Assembly: GCA_043808175.1 (NCBI GenBank)
Contig: JAZDFE010000040.1
Location: 1,410 to 65,409 of the forward strand
DNA from: Candidatus Omnitrophota bacterium
GTDB lineage: Bacteria > Omnitrophota > Omnitrophia > Omnitrophales > Aquincolibacteriaceae
Length of the DNA: 64,000 bases
Direction: 5' to 3'
Part shown: positions 38,807-48,800 of the stretch, piece by piece
Numbering within the stretch: the stretch's first letter is position 1
Layout of the letters: each line of letters opens with the position of its first letter
The notes under the pieces: model-generated
The model's database searches: none
Seen by the model: the letters and a program-made list of their open reading frames with translations, nothing else
What the model was told of the DNA's origin: nothing
Position numbers and translations under genes: made by a program

Positions 38807-39748
38807 CTACCGGCCCAGGATCTTTTTCGCGGCTTTGATAATATGGGGATGGGTGAGACCGTACTTTTCCAAAAGCTCTTCCGCCTTGCCGGATTCGGCA
38901 AAGGTGTCTTGAATGGCCACAAACCCCATCTTGCAAGGATGTTTCTTCGCGAGGAAGGTCGCGACCGCGCTTCCGAGGCCGCCCCAGATCTGGTGTTCTT
39001 CCGCGACGAGAATGTGCCCGGTCCGCTTGGCCTCTTCCAGAAGGAGCTCCGTATCGAGCGGCTTCACGGTATGCATATCAATGACGCTTGCGCTGATGCC
39101 GTCTTCGGCGAGACGCTCCGCCGCTTCGAGCGCTTCGAAAACTTCCAAACCGTTAGCGAGGATCGTCAGGTCCTTGCCTTCACGCAACAGGACCCCTTTC
39201 CCGATCTTGAAATCCGTACCGTTTTTATGGACGATCGGCGCTTTTGGTCTGCATGTGCGAATATAAACAGGGCCGGGATGCTTCGCGACCTCAAAGACCA
39301 ATGCCCGCGTGGAGATCTCATCGCTGGGGACCATCACCACAAAACCAGGAAGGCTCGTCATAAGGGCGATATCCTCGATCGCCATCTGCGAGGCGCCGTC
39401 TTCCCCGACCGTAATACCACCATGGGAACCAACCACCTTCACATTAAGCTCCGAGAATGCGACGCTCATGCGGAACTGATCAAAACCCTTGCTGACCAAA
39501 AAGGACGCAAAGCTGGAGATAAAAGGGATCTTCCCGCAGGAGGCGAGCCCTGCGGCCACTCCCACCAGGTTCGCTTCCTGGATCCCGACGTTGAAGAATC
39601 GTTCCGGGAATTTTTCAGAAAAGAATGCGGACTTCGTGGATTTGGAAAGATCCGCATCCAGCACCACCACCTCCGGGTTCATCCTGCCGATCTCGACCAG
39701 CGTTTCCCCGTAAGCGTTTCGCGTGGCTTTGCCTAAGATTTTTTGCAT
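38807..39748 (-). CDS. Transketolase, C-terminal (pyrimidine-binding) subunit
   Basis: FFNVGIQEANLVGVAAGLA and GGITVGEDGASQMAIEDIA motifs; split-type tkt. Confidence 0.9.
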   Translation of the reverse strand: MQKILGKATRNAYGETLVEIGRMNPEVVVLDADLSKSTKSAFFSEKFPERFFNVGIQEANLVGVAAGLASCGKIPFISSFASFLVSKGFDQFRMSVAFSELNVKVVGSHGGITVGEDGASQMAIEDIALMTSLPGFVVMVPSDEISTRALVFEVAKHPGPVYIRTCRPKAPIVHKNGTDFKIGKGVLLREGKDLTILANGLEVFEALEAAERLAEDGISASVIDMHTVKPLDTELLLEEAKRTGHILVAEEHQIWGGLGSAVATFLAKKHPCKMGFVAIQDTFAESGKAEELLEKYGLTHPHIIKAAKKILGR

Positions 39749-40566
39749 TAGGATAATTCCTTAAGAGCTTTTGCGACTTCTTCGCGCGTCGGCGCGACAC
39801 CGTGGAAGGCATTGTTCCCTTCCATGAAGGAGACGCCTTTGCCTTTGATCGTGTGCGCGATGATCATGACCGGCTGACCCTGGACCTTCTTGGCCTTTTC
39901 CACCGCGTTAAGGATCTGTTTTATATCGTGTCCGTCGATCTCAAACGTATGCCAGCGAAAAGCCTTCCACTTTTCGGCGACAGGTTCCATGTCGCAGATA
40001 TTCTTCGTAGAGTCGTCAAGCTGGAATTTGTTGTAATCCAAAAATGCGATCAAGTGATCGACCTTGTGATGCGCGGCCATCGCGGCCGCTTCCCAGGTCT
40101 GGCCCTCATTCATCTCTCCGTCGCTTGTAATAACATAGGTGTAGTAGCTTTTCTTATCCAGACGCCGCGCAAGCGCCATACCGATCCCCATCGAAAGACC
40201 CTGCCCGAGCGACCCGGTGGAAGCCTCCACGCCCGCAAGCTTGCGCCGGTCCGGATGTCCTTGGAGCGGACTGCCGAGCTTGCGGAAATTCGTCAAGGTT
40301 TTGGGGTCAAAATACCCGGATTCGGCGAGAGCGGCATAGAGAGCTGGTGAAGCGTGCCCTTTGCTGAGGATCAAGCGGTCACGGTCCGGCCATCGCGGGT
40401 CTTGGGGATTGTGATCCATGAGATTAAAATAGAGGGCCACCAGTATGTCGGTAGCGGAGAGAGAGCCGCCGGGATGTCCCGAAGCCGCGGCCCCTGTCAT
40501 CTCGACGATGTGGCGGCGAACCAATTTTGCTTTCGTCTTAAGTTGTTCTACAGAAAGCTTTTCCAT
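39748..40566 (-). CDS. Transketolase, N-terminal (TPP-binding) subunit
   Basis: GHPGGSLS, SKGHASPALYA and GDGEMNEGQTWEA motifs. Its stop overlaps the start of the C-terminal subunit gene. Confidence 0.9.
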   Translation of the reverse strand: MEKLSVEQLKTKAKLVRRHIVEMTGAAASGHPGGSLSATDILVALYFNLMDHNPQDPRWPDRDRLILSKGHASPALYAALAESGYFDPKTLTNFRKLGSPLQGHPDRRKLAGVEASTGSLGQGLSMGIGMALARRLDKKSYYTYVITSDGEMNEGQTWEAAAMAAHHKVDHLIAFLDYNKFQLDDSTKNICDMEPVAEKWKAFRWHTFEIDGHDIKQILNAVEKAKKVQGQPVMIIAHTIKGKGVSFMEGNNAFHGVAPTREEVAKALKELS

Positions 40567-40799
40567 TAAATTATGAATGCCTGCGTTTCGTCATTTGTAT
40601 AGAGGAAAAAGACAGCGAAGTCTAGCGGCTTTCCCGAATGCCGTCAATGAATAAAAACTGGAAAACGGGGAATGGGAAACGCTGAACGCAACCGTTGAAA
40701 AGGAAAAAGATTCTACGTTGCCCGCTCACCGTTTCCCGAAGGATGGATTCGCTAAAAACCTATTGTCATACGAATGGTTCCTCATAGAATGATGCCGCT

Positions 40800-41927
40800 A
40801 TGTCAATCAAACCAGCTTTGCTGATCATTGCCTCGAGTGAAAAGAACGCGGACCTTTATTACGCAACCCGGTTCATTGCGCCGGACCCGTTCGTCTTCAC
40901 CCAAATCCAGGGGAAGAAATATATCCTGGTAAGCGACCTTGAGATCGACCGGGCCAAAAAGCAGGCCCGTGTCCACGAGGCCCTTTCGACTTCCCGTCTC
41001 GCCTTGGAATACAAACAAAAGCACAAGAAGACATGCTCCTTCATGGACCTTGTCCTTTATTTCCTGAGAAAGAAAAAAGTTAAAAGCGTTCTCGTCCCCG
41101 GAAATTTCCCGATCCAATATTACGAGCCTTTGAAGCGTGCCGGCCTCCGCATCCGCTATCAAAGCGGAGTCTTCTTCAAAGAACGCCTGATAAAAGACCG
41201 GGTTGAGATCGCGGCGATCACCAGGGCGCTACGGGCCACAGAAAAATCCGCCGCCAAGGCCGTCCAGATCCTGAAGAGATCTTTGATCCGGAAGAACAAA
41301 CTTTATTTCTCGGGAAAGATCCTTACGAGTGAAATGCTCCGGACGGCCATCCACCAAACGCTCCTGGCGGAAGGCTGCTCCGGGAAACACACGATCGTTT
41401 CCTGCGGCCATCATTCAATCGACCCGCACGGTCAAGGATCCGGTCCGATCTGCGCCCATCAGCCGATCATTATGGATATTTTTCCGCGCAGCGAGAAAAC
41501 GCTTTATTACGCGGATTTCACACGCACCGTGGTCCGCGGCAAAGCGTCGCCAAGACTTAAAAAAATGTACGCAGCGGTCAAAGAAGGCCAGGCTATCGCT
41601 TTCAAAATGATTCGTCATGGGATTGCTGGCCAAAAGATCCATGAAACCATTCAAGCCAGATTCACACAACTCGAGTTTAAGACAGGCTTTAAAGACGGTC
41701 GTATGCAGGGATTTTTCCATAGCACCGGCCACGGTCTTGGCCTGGAACTGCACGAGCCGCCGCGCATCGGCATGGGACAAGACATTCTGAAAACAGGCCA
41801 GGTCGTAACCGTGGAACCGGGGCTTTATTACAAAGATACGGGCGGCGTGCGCCTGGAAGACGTGGTTGTTGTGACAAGAAAAGGCTGTGAGAATCTGACT
41901 TGCTTCCCAAAAATCCTTGAGGTCTGA
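40800..41927 (+). CDS. M24 family Xaa-Pro aminopeptidase
   Basis: Creatinase-like N-domain plus the pita-bread motifs DFTRT, HSTGHGLGLELHEPP, VEPGLY and VRLED. Confidence 0.85.
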   Translation: MSIKPALLIIASSEKNADLYYATRFIAPDPFVFTQIQGKKYILVSDLEIDRAKKQARVHEALSTSRLALEYKQKHKKTCSFMDLVLYFLRKKKVKSVLVPGNFPIQYYEPLKRAGLRIRYQSGVFFKERLIKDRVEIAAITRALRATEKSAAKAVQILKRSLIRKNKLYFSGKILTSEMLRTAIHQTLLAEGCSGKHTIVSCGHHSIDPHGQGSGPICAHQPIIMDIFPRSEKTLYYADFTRTVVRGKASPRLKKMYAAVKEGQAIAFKMIRHGIAGQKIHETIQARFTQLEFKTGFKDGRMQGFFHSTGHGLGLELHEPPRIGMGQDILKTGQVVTVEPGLYYKDTGGVRLEDVVVVTRKGCENLTCFPKILEV

Positions 41928-42002
41928 TCCGTTCTTGTTCTGTCGATCAATTTTCTTTACAAATCAAAAAGGGTCTCTACAATAACGCAAAGTCTTGACG
42001 CG

Positions 42003-43454
42003 ATGTACGCCTTTCAGACAAAAAATTTTATGACGACACCCCAGAAACCTAAAAAAAGAATCCTCTCCTTCTTCGGGGGAGGCTTTCTCATTCTCGCGCT
42101 GATCGCCGCTTATTTTTACATTGATGCCGAGCGCCGTTATTTCGATTGCTTCTTCTACGATCTTCGCACTGACTACGGCTATGCTTTTCCAAAGGATTCT
42201 ATTTCTCCCGTCATGCTCGAAAAGGACGGGTTCAAGTGGCCTTCGGTAGAGGCCGATGCCGATACAGCTTTCCTTAAAATGTCCATCCGGACGGATTGGA
42301 CGAGTCTTTTATTTCTTCCCTATGTTGAGATCCGTTGTCACAATATCGTTTTAAAGCAATATTTTGAAAAAACAGGCCGCGGGATCCGTTATCTCAATTT
42401 AAGCCAGCTTCTGCAAGCAACCCCCGCTTTAACCCAAGGAGAAAAGCTTGTTATTAAAGGGCATCACCTCTCCTGGAATCAAGGTACTTCTGAACTTTAT
42501 CTTTTCCGGAATCCCGAGATCAAAAAAGCAAAGATCCTCATTCTTGCCCCGCATCCGGATGATGCCGAGATCGCGACTTTCGGCCTTTATAACGATCAAG
42601 ACGTCTATGTCGTCACGATCACCGCCGGCGAGGGAGGAAAATCGAACTACAAACGCTTTTTTAAAAACCCGGAGAGACAAGCCCTTTTCAAGGGTAAGGT
42701 CCGCACATGGGATAGCATTGTGATCCCCTTCTGGGGCGGTATCTCACCTCTAAGATGTTTTAACCTCGGCTACTTTGATGAGTCGTTAAGCAAGATGTTC
42801 CAGAACCCTTCCCAAATAATACCTTCTTCTTTCGCCGGAACTATCGACCTGAGTACTTTCCGTCAATACAACGTTTCGGATCTGCTTCCAAAAAATCCTG
42901 CCCAGGGACCCACTTGGAACAACCTGGTCGCGGACCTGGAGCATCTCCTCACCGAGATCAACCCTTCCATTATCATTACTCCCAATCCTGTGACGGACGG
43001 ACATTCGGACCATCAATATACCACCCTTGCACTGCTTGAAGCCCTACAGCGGACACCCACGGTCAAGGGAAGTTTATACCTCTACACCGTGCACGGCGCC
43101 TACGCCTCACGCTGGCCTCTCGGAACTGCGAAAAGCGTCGTCTCGCTTCCTCCGTTTTTTTCCAAACTTCGATTTTTCGAGAAGATTTATTCCCTTCATT
43201 TGCCTCTGGAGGTTTACACCCGGAAATTCTTTGCTATCGATGATATGCATGACATCCGGCCCGTTTACTTCCTCAATATGCAGCAAGCTACCGAAGCTTT
43301 GCCCGCCGCTCTACAAGCCCTTTATCTTCACTGGAAAGGGGTCTTAACCATGCGAAAATATTTACGGATGGATGAGCTTTTCTTTGTGGTGCCTATGGAA
43401 AATGCCCCTCGCCTGCGGGAAATATTTTTAAAAAATCTTGCGCCGGAGCATTGA
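42003..43454 (+). CDS. Membrane-anchored PIG-L/LmbE family deacetylase-like protein
   Basis: N-terminal TM helix and the ILILAPHPDDAEIATFG motif (PIG-L family), plus a later DGHSDHQ motif. Confidence 0.6.
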   Translation: MYAFQTKNFMTTPQKPKKRILSFFGGGFLILALIAAYFYIDAERRYFDCFFYDLRTDYGYAFPKDSISPVMLEKDGFKWPSVEADADTAFLKMSIRTDWTSLLFLPYVEIRCHNIVLKQYFEKTGRGIRYLNLSQLLQATPALTQGEKLVIKGHHLSWNQGTSELYLFRNPEIKKAKILILAPHPDDAEIATFGLYNDQDVYVVTITAGEGGKSNYKRFFKNPERQALFKGKVRTWDSIVIPFWGGISPLRCFNLGYFDESLSKMFQNPSQIIPSSFAGTIDLSTFRQYNVSDLLPKNPAQGPTWNNLVADLEHLLTEINPSIIITPNPVTDGHSDHQYTTLALLEALQRTPTVKGSLYLYTVHGAYASRWPLGTAKSVVSLPPFFSKLRFFEKIYSLHLPLEVYTRKFFAIDDMHDIRPVYFLNMQQATEALPAALQALYLHWKGVLTMRKYLRMDELFFVVPMENAPRLREIFLKNLAPEH

Positions 43455-43729
43455 ACTTTATGGATATCCTTTATAAGGTGAGCGCCTGGGCGGGGGCCCT
43501 TCTGCCTTTTTTCAATATTCCTCTCATCATAAGGATCGTCAAGCGAAAGTCGGCCGACGATATAAGCTTGGTCTGGCTTTTCGGAGTTTGGATCTGCATC
43601 CTCCTCATGACTCCCGCGGTCCTGACTTCACAGAACATGGCCTTCCGCGCTTTTGGTTGGACAAACGTCGTGTTCTTCACCGTGGTTGTGCTCGTGACCG
43701 TGAAGTATCATCATAAATTCAAAAAATAG
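43451..43729 (+). CDS. Small 3-TM membrane protein (possibly PQ-loop/SemiSWEET-like)
   Basis: 92 aa with three hydrophobic helices, coupled (ATGA-type overlap) to the upstream gene. The family call is a weak guess. Confidence 0.4.
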   Translation: MNFMDILYKVSAWAGALLPFFNIPLIIRIVKRKSADDISLVWLFGVWICILLMTPAVLTSQNMAFRAFGWTNVVFFTVVVLVTVKYHHKFKK

Positions 43730-43792
43730 ATCCACGCCGTACATTCCACGCGCCACGTGGTCCGTGTCCCGTGGTCCGTCGAACGAAAGAAT

Positions 43793-44326
43793 ATGCATCC
43801 GACCTATAAAAGAATGCTCGCAGGTCTTAAAAAAGAAAAAGCCTTCGCGCGCGGGAAGAAAGCCGGGAACGATTGGTCGCTCTATATCTTACAATGTCGC
43901 GATGGGTCATTTTACACCGGCATCACGAACCATCTCGAGCGGCGTCTCAAGATGCATCAAGACGGCAAGGCTTCCCGCTACACCCGGACCCGTAGACCCG
44001 TGGAGATGCTTTATTCCGAAACATGCGGCGATCGGTCCCGTGCTCTGATACGTGAATGCGAAGTGAAGGAATGGCCTAAAAATAAAAAAAAGGCGCTCAT
44101 CTTGGGTAAGGAAAAAATAAGCCCGGTGAGAAGCATAAGGCGTACGGCGAAAAGAAAAAGGCCTTCATGCCGGACGCGGCACTCCGTACGCCGTACTGTG
44201 ATCAGTTCAGCTGATCTTCGAGTTTCTGCGCCAAAGCGTCAATCTGTTTTAAAAGATAATCCGGAACAAGGTCTTCTTCCTCAAGCTGGGTCTTTGCGGA
44301 ATTCAGGAACCCGATCAACCGTCTGA
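43793..44326 (+). CDS. GIY-YIG nuclease family protein (3' end uncertain)
   Basis: WSLYILQCRDGSFYTGITNHLERRLKMHQ...YTRTRRPVEMLY GIY-YIG core. The basic tail after ~aa 100 runs through an intergenic repeat and 125 nt into the convergent gene. Confidence 0.65.
   Translation: MHPTYKRMLAGLKKEKAFARGKKAGNDWSLYILQCRDGSFYTGITNHLERRLKMHQDGKASRYTRTRRPVEMLYSETCGDRSRALIRECEVKEWPKNKKKALILGKEKISPVRSIRRTAKRKRPSCRTRHSVRRTVISSADLRVSAPKRQSVLKDNPEQGLLPQAGSLRNSGTRSTV
44136..44197. repeat. Intergenic hairpin element sharing both ends with 36387..36447
   Basis: TAAGGCGTACGGCGAAAA...ACTCCGTACGCCGTACT, with GGCGTACGG pairing CCGTACGCC. Confidence 0.5.
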
Positions 44327-44801
44327 GGACCGAACTTCTTTTCTGATCTTTCATCTCCGGTGTATCCTTCGGCGCGTGCGTCTCGAGAATCTTCTTCACG
44401 GCCACCCGGACCTCCTTAGACTCCTTACCTTCATTGAGGACGTCATTCCGGAGCTCGGCAAACTCATTGATGGGGATATTCTTGTTGTTCTTCGCAAGCC
44501 TCAAGAGATTGACGGACTCGTAATCGGGGATCTTCCGGGGGGCCTCTTCTTCCGTAAAATTCGGCTTTACGATGTGCGGCTCTTCTTTTTCAAGGAAGGC
44601 GTAGGACTTAATGAGCTTGGAAGCCGTCGCTTCCCTGATGCTCAGTTCTTTCTTGCAATAGGTCTCGAACGCTTGAAAGCCCCATTCTTTATAAAGTTTG
44701 TTTTTATAAATGGAGAACAGATGCTGGCCAAGCTGGATCCAGCTCGCCTTGTGCTGTTTTGCGATCTCGATCGTTTTGATGCGTAATTCGTCGTTAGCCA
44801 T
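44202..44801 (-). CDS. Hypothetical protein
   Basis: 199-aa ORF with coding-like composition. I recognise no family. Confidence 0.5.
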   Translation of the reverse strand: MANDELRIKTIEIAKQHKASWIQLGQHLFSIYKNKLYKEWGFQAFETYCKKELSIREATASKLIKSYAFLEKEEPHIVKPNFTEEEAPRKIPDYESVNLLRLAKNNKNIPINEFAELRNDVLNEGKESKEVRVAVKKILETHAPKDTPEMKDQKRSSVLRRLIGFLNSAKTQLEEEDLVPDYLLKQIDALAQKLEDQLN

Positions 44802-44863
44802 TATCCGCTCCAGGGACCAAGGGCCACGCTGTGCGTGTTTCGTGGTACGTGGTCCAATTTTAT

Positions 44864-45751
44864 TTATATGAACTCCAAATTCACTTTCTTCGGTATGATC
44901 CTGACCTGATAAGCTTCATCGAGCAATTTACGGAATCCCGCTTCCCCGTCTTTGCCGATATCGACCGTACGGTCGTTCACATACATCGCAACGAAACGAT
45001 CGTTCAAGTCCTCGGAGATCCCGCGGCCGAACTGGAGCGCGTATTCTAAAGCCTCCTGACGGTGAGACAAGGCATATTCAATGCTTTCCTTGAAAAGTCC
45101 CGCGAAGGATCTCATAACGTTTTTGCCGAGGTCACGCCGGATAATGTCAACCCCGAGTGGAAGCGGTAGCTTCGTTTTCTCATGCCACCATGCGCCGAGG
45201 TCCAGAACCTTTTCGAGATCGTGTTCCGCGTACGTGATCTGGCCCTCATGAATGACGAGACCGAGATCGACTTCCCCATTTTTAACGGCGTCAATGATCT
45301 TGTCGAAGGGCAAAAAGACCGGTTCAAATCCGCGCAATGCGCAACGATCAACGGTCAATGAATAAAGCCGAAGGGTTAAATAAGCGGTCGTGAGTTTCCC
45401 CGGAATAGCGATCTTTTTTTGCGCAACGCCTGATTTTTTTTCCGTTGCGCGTTGTGTGTTGTGTGTTGTGCGTTGTACGAGGATGGGCCCATACTGATCA
45501 CCAATGCTTGCCCCGGAACGCATCACCGCGTAACGATCCGCCAAATAAGCGTAGGCGTGACAAGAAACCGCCGTGACTTCAAGTTCGCCGCGAAGCGCGC
45601 GTTGGTTCAGGCTTTCGATGTCTTCGATAACATGCTCGACTTCGAATCCGCGCATGGGGATCTTCTTCTTGGCAAGCGCGTAAAACATAAATGCGTCGTC
45701 GGCATCGGGGCTGTGCCCTACTCGAATTAATTTTGAGGCTGTGTTCGGCAT
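44864..45751 (-). CDS. MqnA/MqnD-family (futalosine pathway, PF02621-like) menaquinone biosynthesis protein
   Basis: IRVGHSPDADDAFMFYAL N-terminus and periplasmic-binding-protein-like fold signature. MqnA versus MqnD cannot be resolved by eye. Confidence 0.7.
   Translation of the reverse strand: MPNTASKLIRVGHSPDADDAFMFYALAKKKIPMRGFEVEHVIEDIESLNQRALRGELEVTAVSCHAYAYLADRYAVMRSGASIGDQYGPILVQRTTHNTQRATEKKSGVAQKKIAIPGKLTTAYLTLRLYSLTVDRCALRGFEPVFLPFDKIIDAVKNGEVDLGLVIHEGQITYAEHDLEKVLDLGAWWHEKTKLPLPLGVDIIRRDLGKNVMRSFAGLFKESIEYALSHRQEALEYALQFGRGISEDLNDRFVAMYVNDRTVDIGKDGEAGFRKLLDEAYQVRIIPKKVNLEFI
45443..45477. repeat. Five imperfect tandem heptamers (YGTTGYR) inside the Mqn-family gene
   Basis: cgttgcg cgttgtg tgttgtg tgttgtg cgttgta, flanked by two A8/T8 homopolymer runs. 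It encodes ...RTTHNTQRATEKK... Confidence 0.6.
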
Positions 45752-45846
45752 GGGGGAACTATACGCAAACTCAAGAAGGCGGTCAACAAAAGGATGATGG
45801 CTGAAGGATGATGTTCGGCTCTTGCGTCATCTGCGATCCGATTTAA

Positions 45847-48800
45847 TTACGCCGATCGTGCGGTCGCGAGATATTCGTCGCGCAGTCTTGTGATGACCTC
45901 GCTGACACCGGTAAGGTTCAGGAAATTCTGGTACATTTTAGGTGTGACTGTGATCACGGCATTCCCGTACTGTTGTAACAAGAGGCCTGCCTGCACACTC
46001 TTTTCTCCGGAAGAGACCATCGGCTTGATGTTCATCGTGCCGCGAACCGACCTTCCCAGGAACTGCGCCGCTTCCTCAGGGGTGGCAGCCGGGAAAATGA
46101 GCGGTTGGTTGGCTTGACGGAGTCTGCTGTTGATCTGGTCAAGAAATTTACGGTCCGTGTCATTCCTGACAAGGACGGCGACCGGCGAATCCCCTACGAT
46201 CTTGCGCATCAGAAGCGCTGCGCCAAGATCGACGCCAAATTCCGGAGCAAGGATCAGAACGTCTGAAGTCCCAAGAATCTTGCCGCCAAGAAGGACTTTC
46301 CGGGCATCTACAAAACGTTTCTGTTCATGGGCGGTCGCGGGGACCGATGCGACATCGAATGTTTCCTGAGCCAGGGCCGTTGGGAAAAAGAATGCGGCGG
46401 CAAGCTTCACGGCATGGAGCGAATTTACCGTAAGCGACCAGATGCCGTCCGTGATCTTTTCCGTGACGCCACGAAACCCTTGCAACCCTCCGCCGTCAAG
46501 AAGTACGTTCTTTTCGATGAGCGGGTCCATATCCGTGACCATTTCTATTGGCGTCAGCGTGGCCGCCGCTGAAACCGTCCGCATTTCACTCCGCGGTGCG
46601 GGAGGATGTTTTTCACCCAAAGCGTACGCACGAACTTCTTCCGGAGTATCCATGAAGAGCGGTATCATGATCCGCTCCATGATCTGCAGGAACCTGGTTT
46701 TCATCGCTACGTTCATTTCCGTAGAATGGCCGGTCCCCGTGGACCAGAAGCCTCGCTCATCGCTTGCCCACATTGTCACAAGAATATTTAACATCTGCCG
46801 AAGCTGAAAAATAAATTCCGGATGTTCCTCGATCTCGAAAAGCCCCTGGATCTGTTGGAGAACGTCACCGTACATCCTGCTGACGGTGTTTACAAGAATC
46901 GGCGCGCTAGTGTCATAAAAGGCTTTACGCTCCGCGATTAAAGTTCGGAGGTCTGAAAGGGCCTCTAAAACTTGGGCGGGATCGACCGGGGCATCCGACG
47001 AAGGCTCGGGACCTTGTTTCTCAACCACCGTAATTTTCGATTGCCGTTTAAGTAATTTTATAGCAAAACCGGCGAGCTCTCTATCCATTCCGTTAAGAAT
47101 CACCGTGCTCACCCTCTGAAGAAAATGCAGCTGCGCAATGTCTTTAGCGAAGAAGTGCTGTATTTCGGGATGTTGCGCACCACTCAAAGCCTGGAACCGA
47201 GCGAGAGAAAGAGTTCTGTTCCTGATCATATCCTGCAATCGAACGATATCACCGAAGATCCTTTTGATCCGGGCTCTAAGCCTTTCCGCATCCACTTCAA
47301 CTTGTTCTTCGGCTAGTCTTTTTCGTATAGACGTTTCGAGTCCCAAAATCGCCCTGTAAGGCGTTTCATCAAAAAGATCCCCTTGTCCTTCTGGTTGCGC
47401 CCCGGCGATTAAAAGCCTCTCAGCCTTTCCCTGGATACTCCCGCGAAAAATAATCTGATGGCGAATAGCTTCTTCTAACCGCTGGTTCGCGGCCACAAAT
47501 CTCTGATCCCACGCGGCTAAAGCGGCGGTTTCTTCATTGACCTGCTGGACCGCCCAATGGGCTTCGCGCTCCGCCCAGGCCGTCTGCATCTCGCTCAAAA
47601 TCTTCGAGAGAAATGCTGCCTCCGGGGACGGTAACAAAACGGGTTTCTGTTCAGCGGCTTTTTCGACGGGCTTCGCGGCCGGAAGACCCTCATATTCTGC
47701 CTGTGTGACAATGACGTTTGTCGCGAGCTGCGCGTCGACACCTGCTTCCCTAACCAAAGCTTCTATGTCGCTAAGCCCGTATTCAACCTTCACCGGATCA
47801 CGCAAAGCCACGGTGTTCTTCTCAATCGCCGATTCAAAACTTTGAATGCCGCGTACTCGTGCATCCCCGTCCTTTAAGGCATTGCCAATGAAACTTTCGA
47901 AAGTCCTGGAATACGTTCCGTTATCAAGACGAAGGAACCATGCGTTTCCATTTGTAGAGACAGTTAATTTCGATCCCTGACGCGAAAACCGAGTTTCTTT
48001 GTCCTGTTTGATCGTCGTAATAATCCTATCCAATGTCTGACGTTCTACCTCTTGCCGTGATTGCATGGACGTAAAGCCAAGTATCCCGAAAAGTTCATCT
48101 TCCTCAGGGTTGGCAGAGATTCCGCGCAACAGGACCCGCTTTTGCGCTTGCTCCGCTCCGCGGATAACTTCGCTAAGCTGTGCAAGTATTGCCTCGACAT
48201 TCATCGGTTCCATAACCTTGACCTGGTCCTGGTACCGGACGCCTAGCGGCAATTCTGTTCGCGCTTCCGAACGCTGCGTCGCGGCATCTCTCGCCTGTTT
48301 CATTTTATCCAACCAATCGCCTGCCGGTGCCCCCTTCGCCCCGTCCTTCCAAGCCAACGTAATGCCTTCTTCTTTCACCACGATCTTGTAAACGGTCGTA
48401 CGGGGAAGACCGGAAGCCTTCACGATCTCTTCCAACGTTACATCGAGTCTCTGATTTTGTTTCTCATGAACAATGGCACGGAACGCCGCGTTCTTTGGAT
48501 TGATCGGATTGCCCCCGCTCGTAATCGAAAGTTCCTCCAATTCCCGTTGCACCTCTGATTGGGATATGCCGTATTTTTCAGCTAACTGGTTCTGGGTTTC
48601 GGGGATTTTTTGCCCTCGCTTTCCCTCGAAATCTTTCCGAAAAAGTGTAACTTTTTCGGTTGCCGTCCGGCCGCTGCTTTTAAACGGAGCCTCCGCTAAG
48701 ATCCCTTGCACAGACGTCGGAGAGATGCCAAACATTTCTGCTAATTCACTCAGGCTCATTGGAATCCTTACAATGATCTCTCGACCCTTGTTTCCGGGTA

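Noticed and set aside
44100-44326. Long basic C-terminal tail of the GIY-YIG ORF overlapping the convergent gene 44202..44801 by 125 nt
   Set aside because: This is probably read-through of the intergenic repeat (44136-44197) rather than functional coding sequence. I cannot place the true stop from sequence alone, so the ORF end was kept with reduced confidence and no special overlap biology is claimed.
45785-45845. GGATGATGG...CGTCATC hairpin between the giant ORF stop and the Mqn-family gene start, considered as the giant-gene terminator
   Set aside because: The best pairing (with G-U) forms on the plus strand, whereas both flanking genes are on the minus strand. The minus-strand version has C-A mismatches and only a weak U-run, so no terminator is called.
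10600-45850. Possibility that the recurring short words (GGGAAACG, GTACGGCG, CCACG/CGTGG, GGATGG) represent a CRISPR array or degenerate CRISPR repeats
   Set aside because: The copies are dispersed one per intergenic spacer and are self-complementary within a locus. They lack regular repeat-spacer periodicity, and no cas genes are present.
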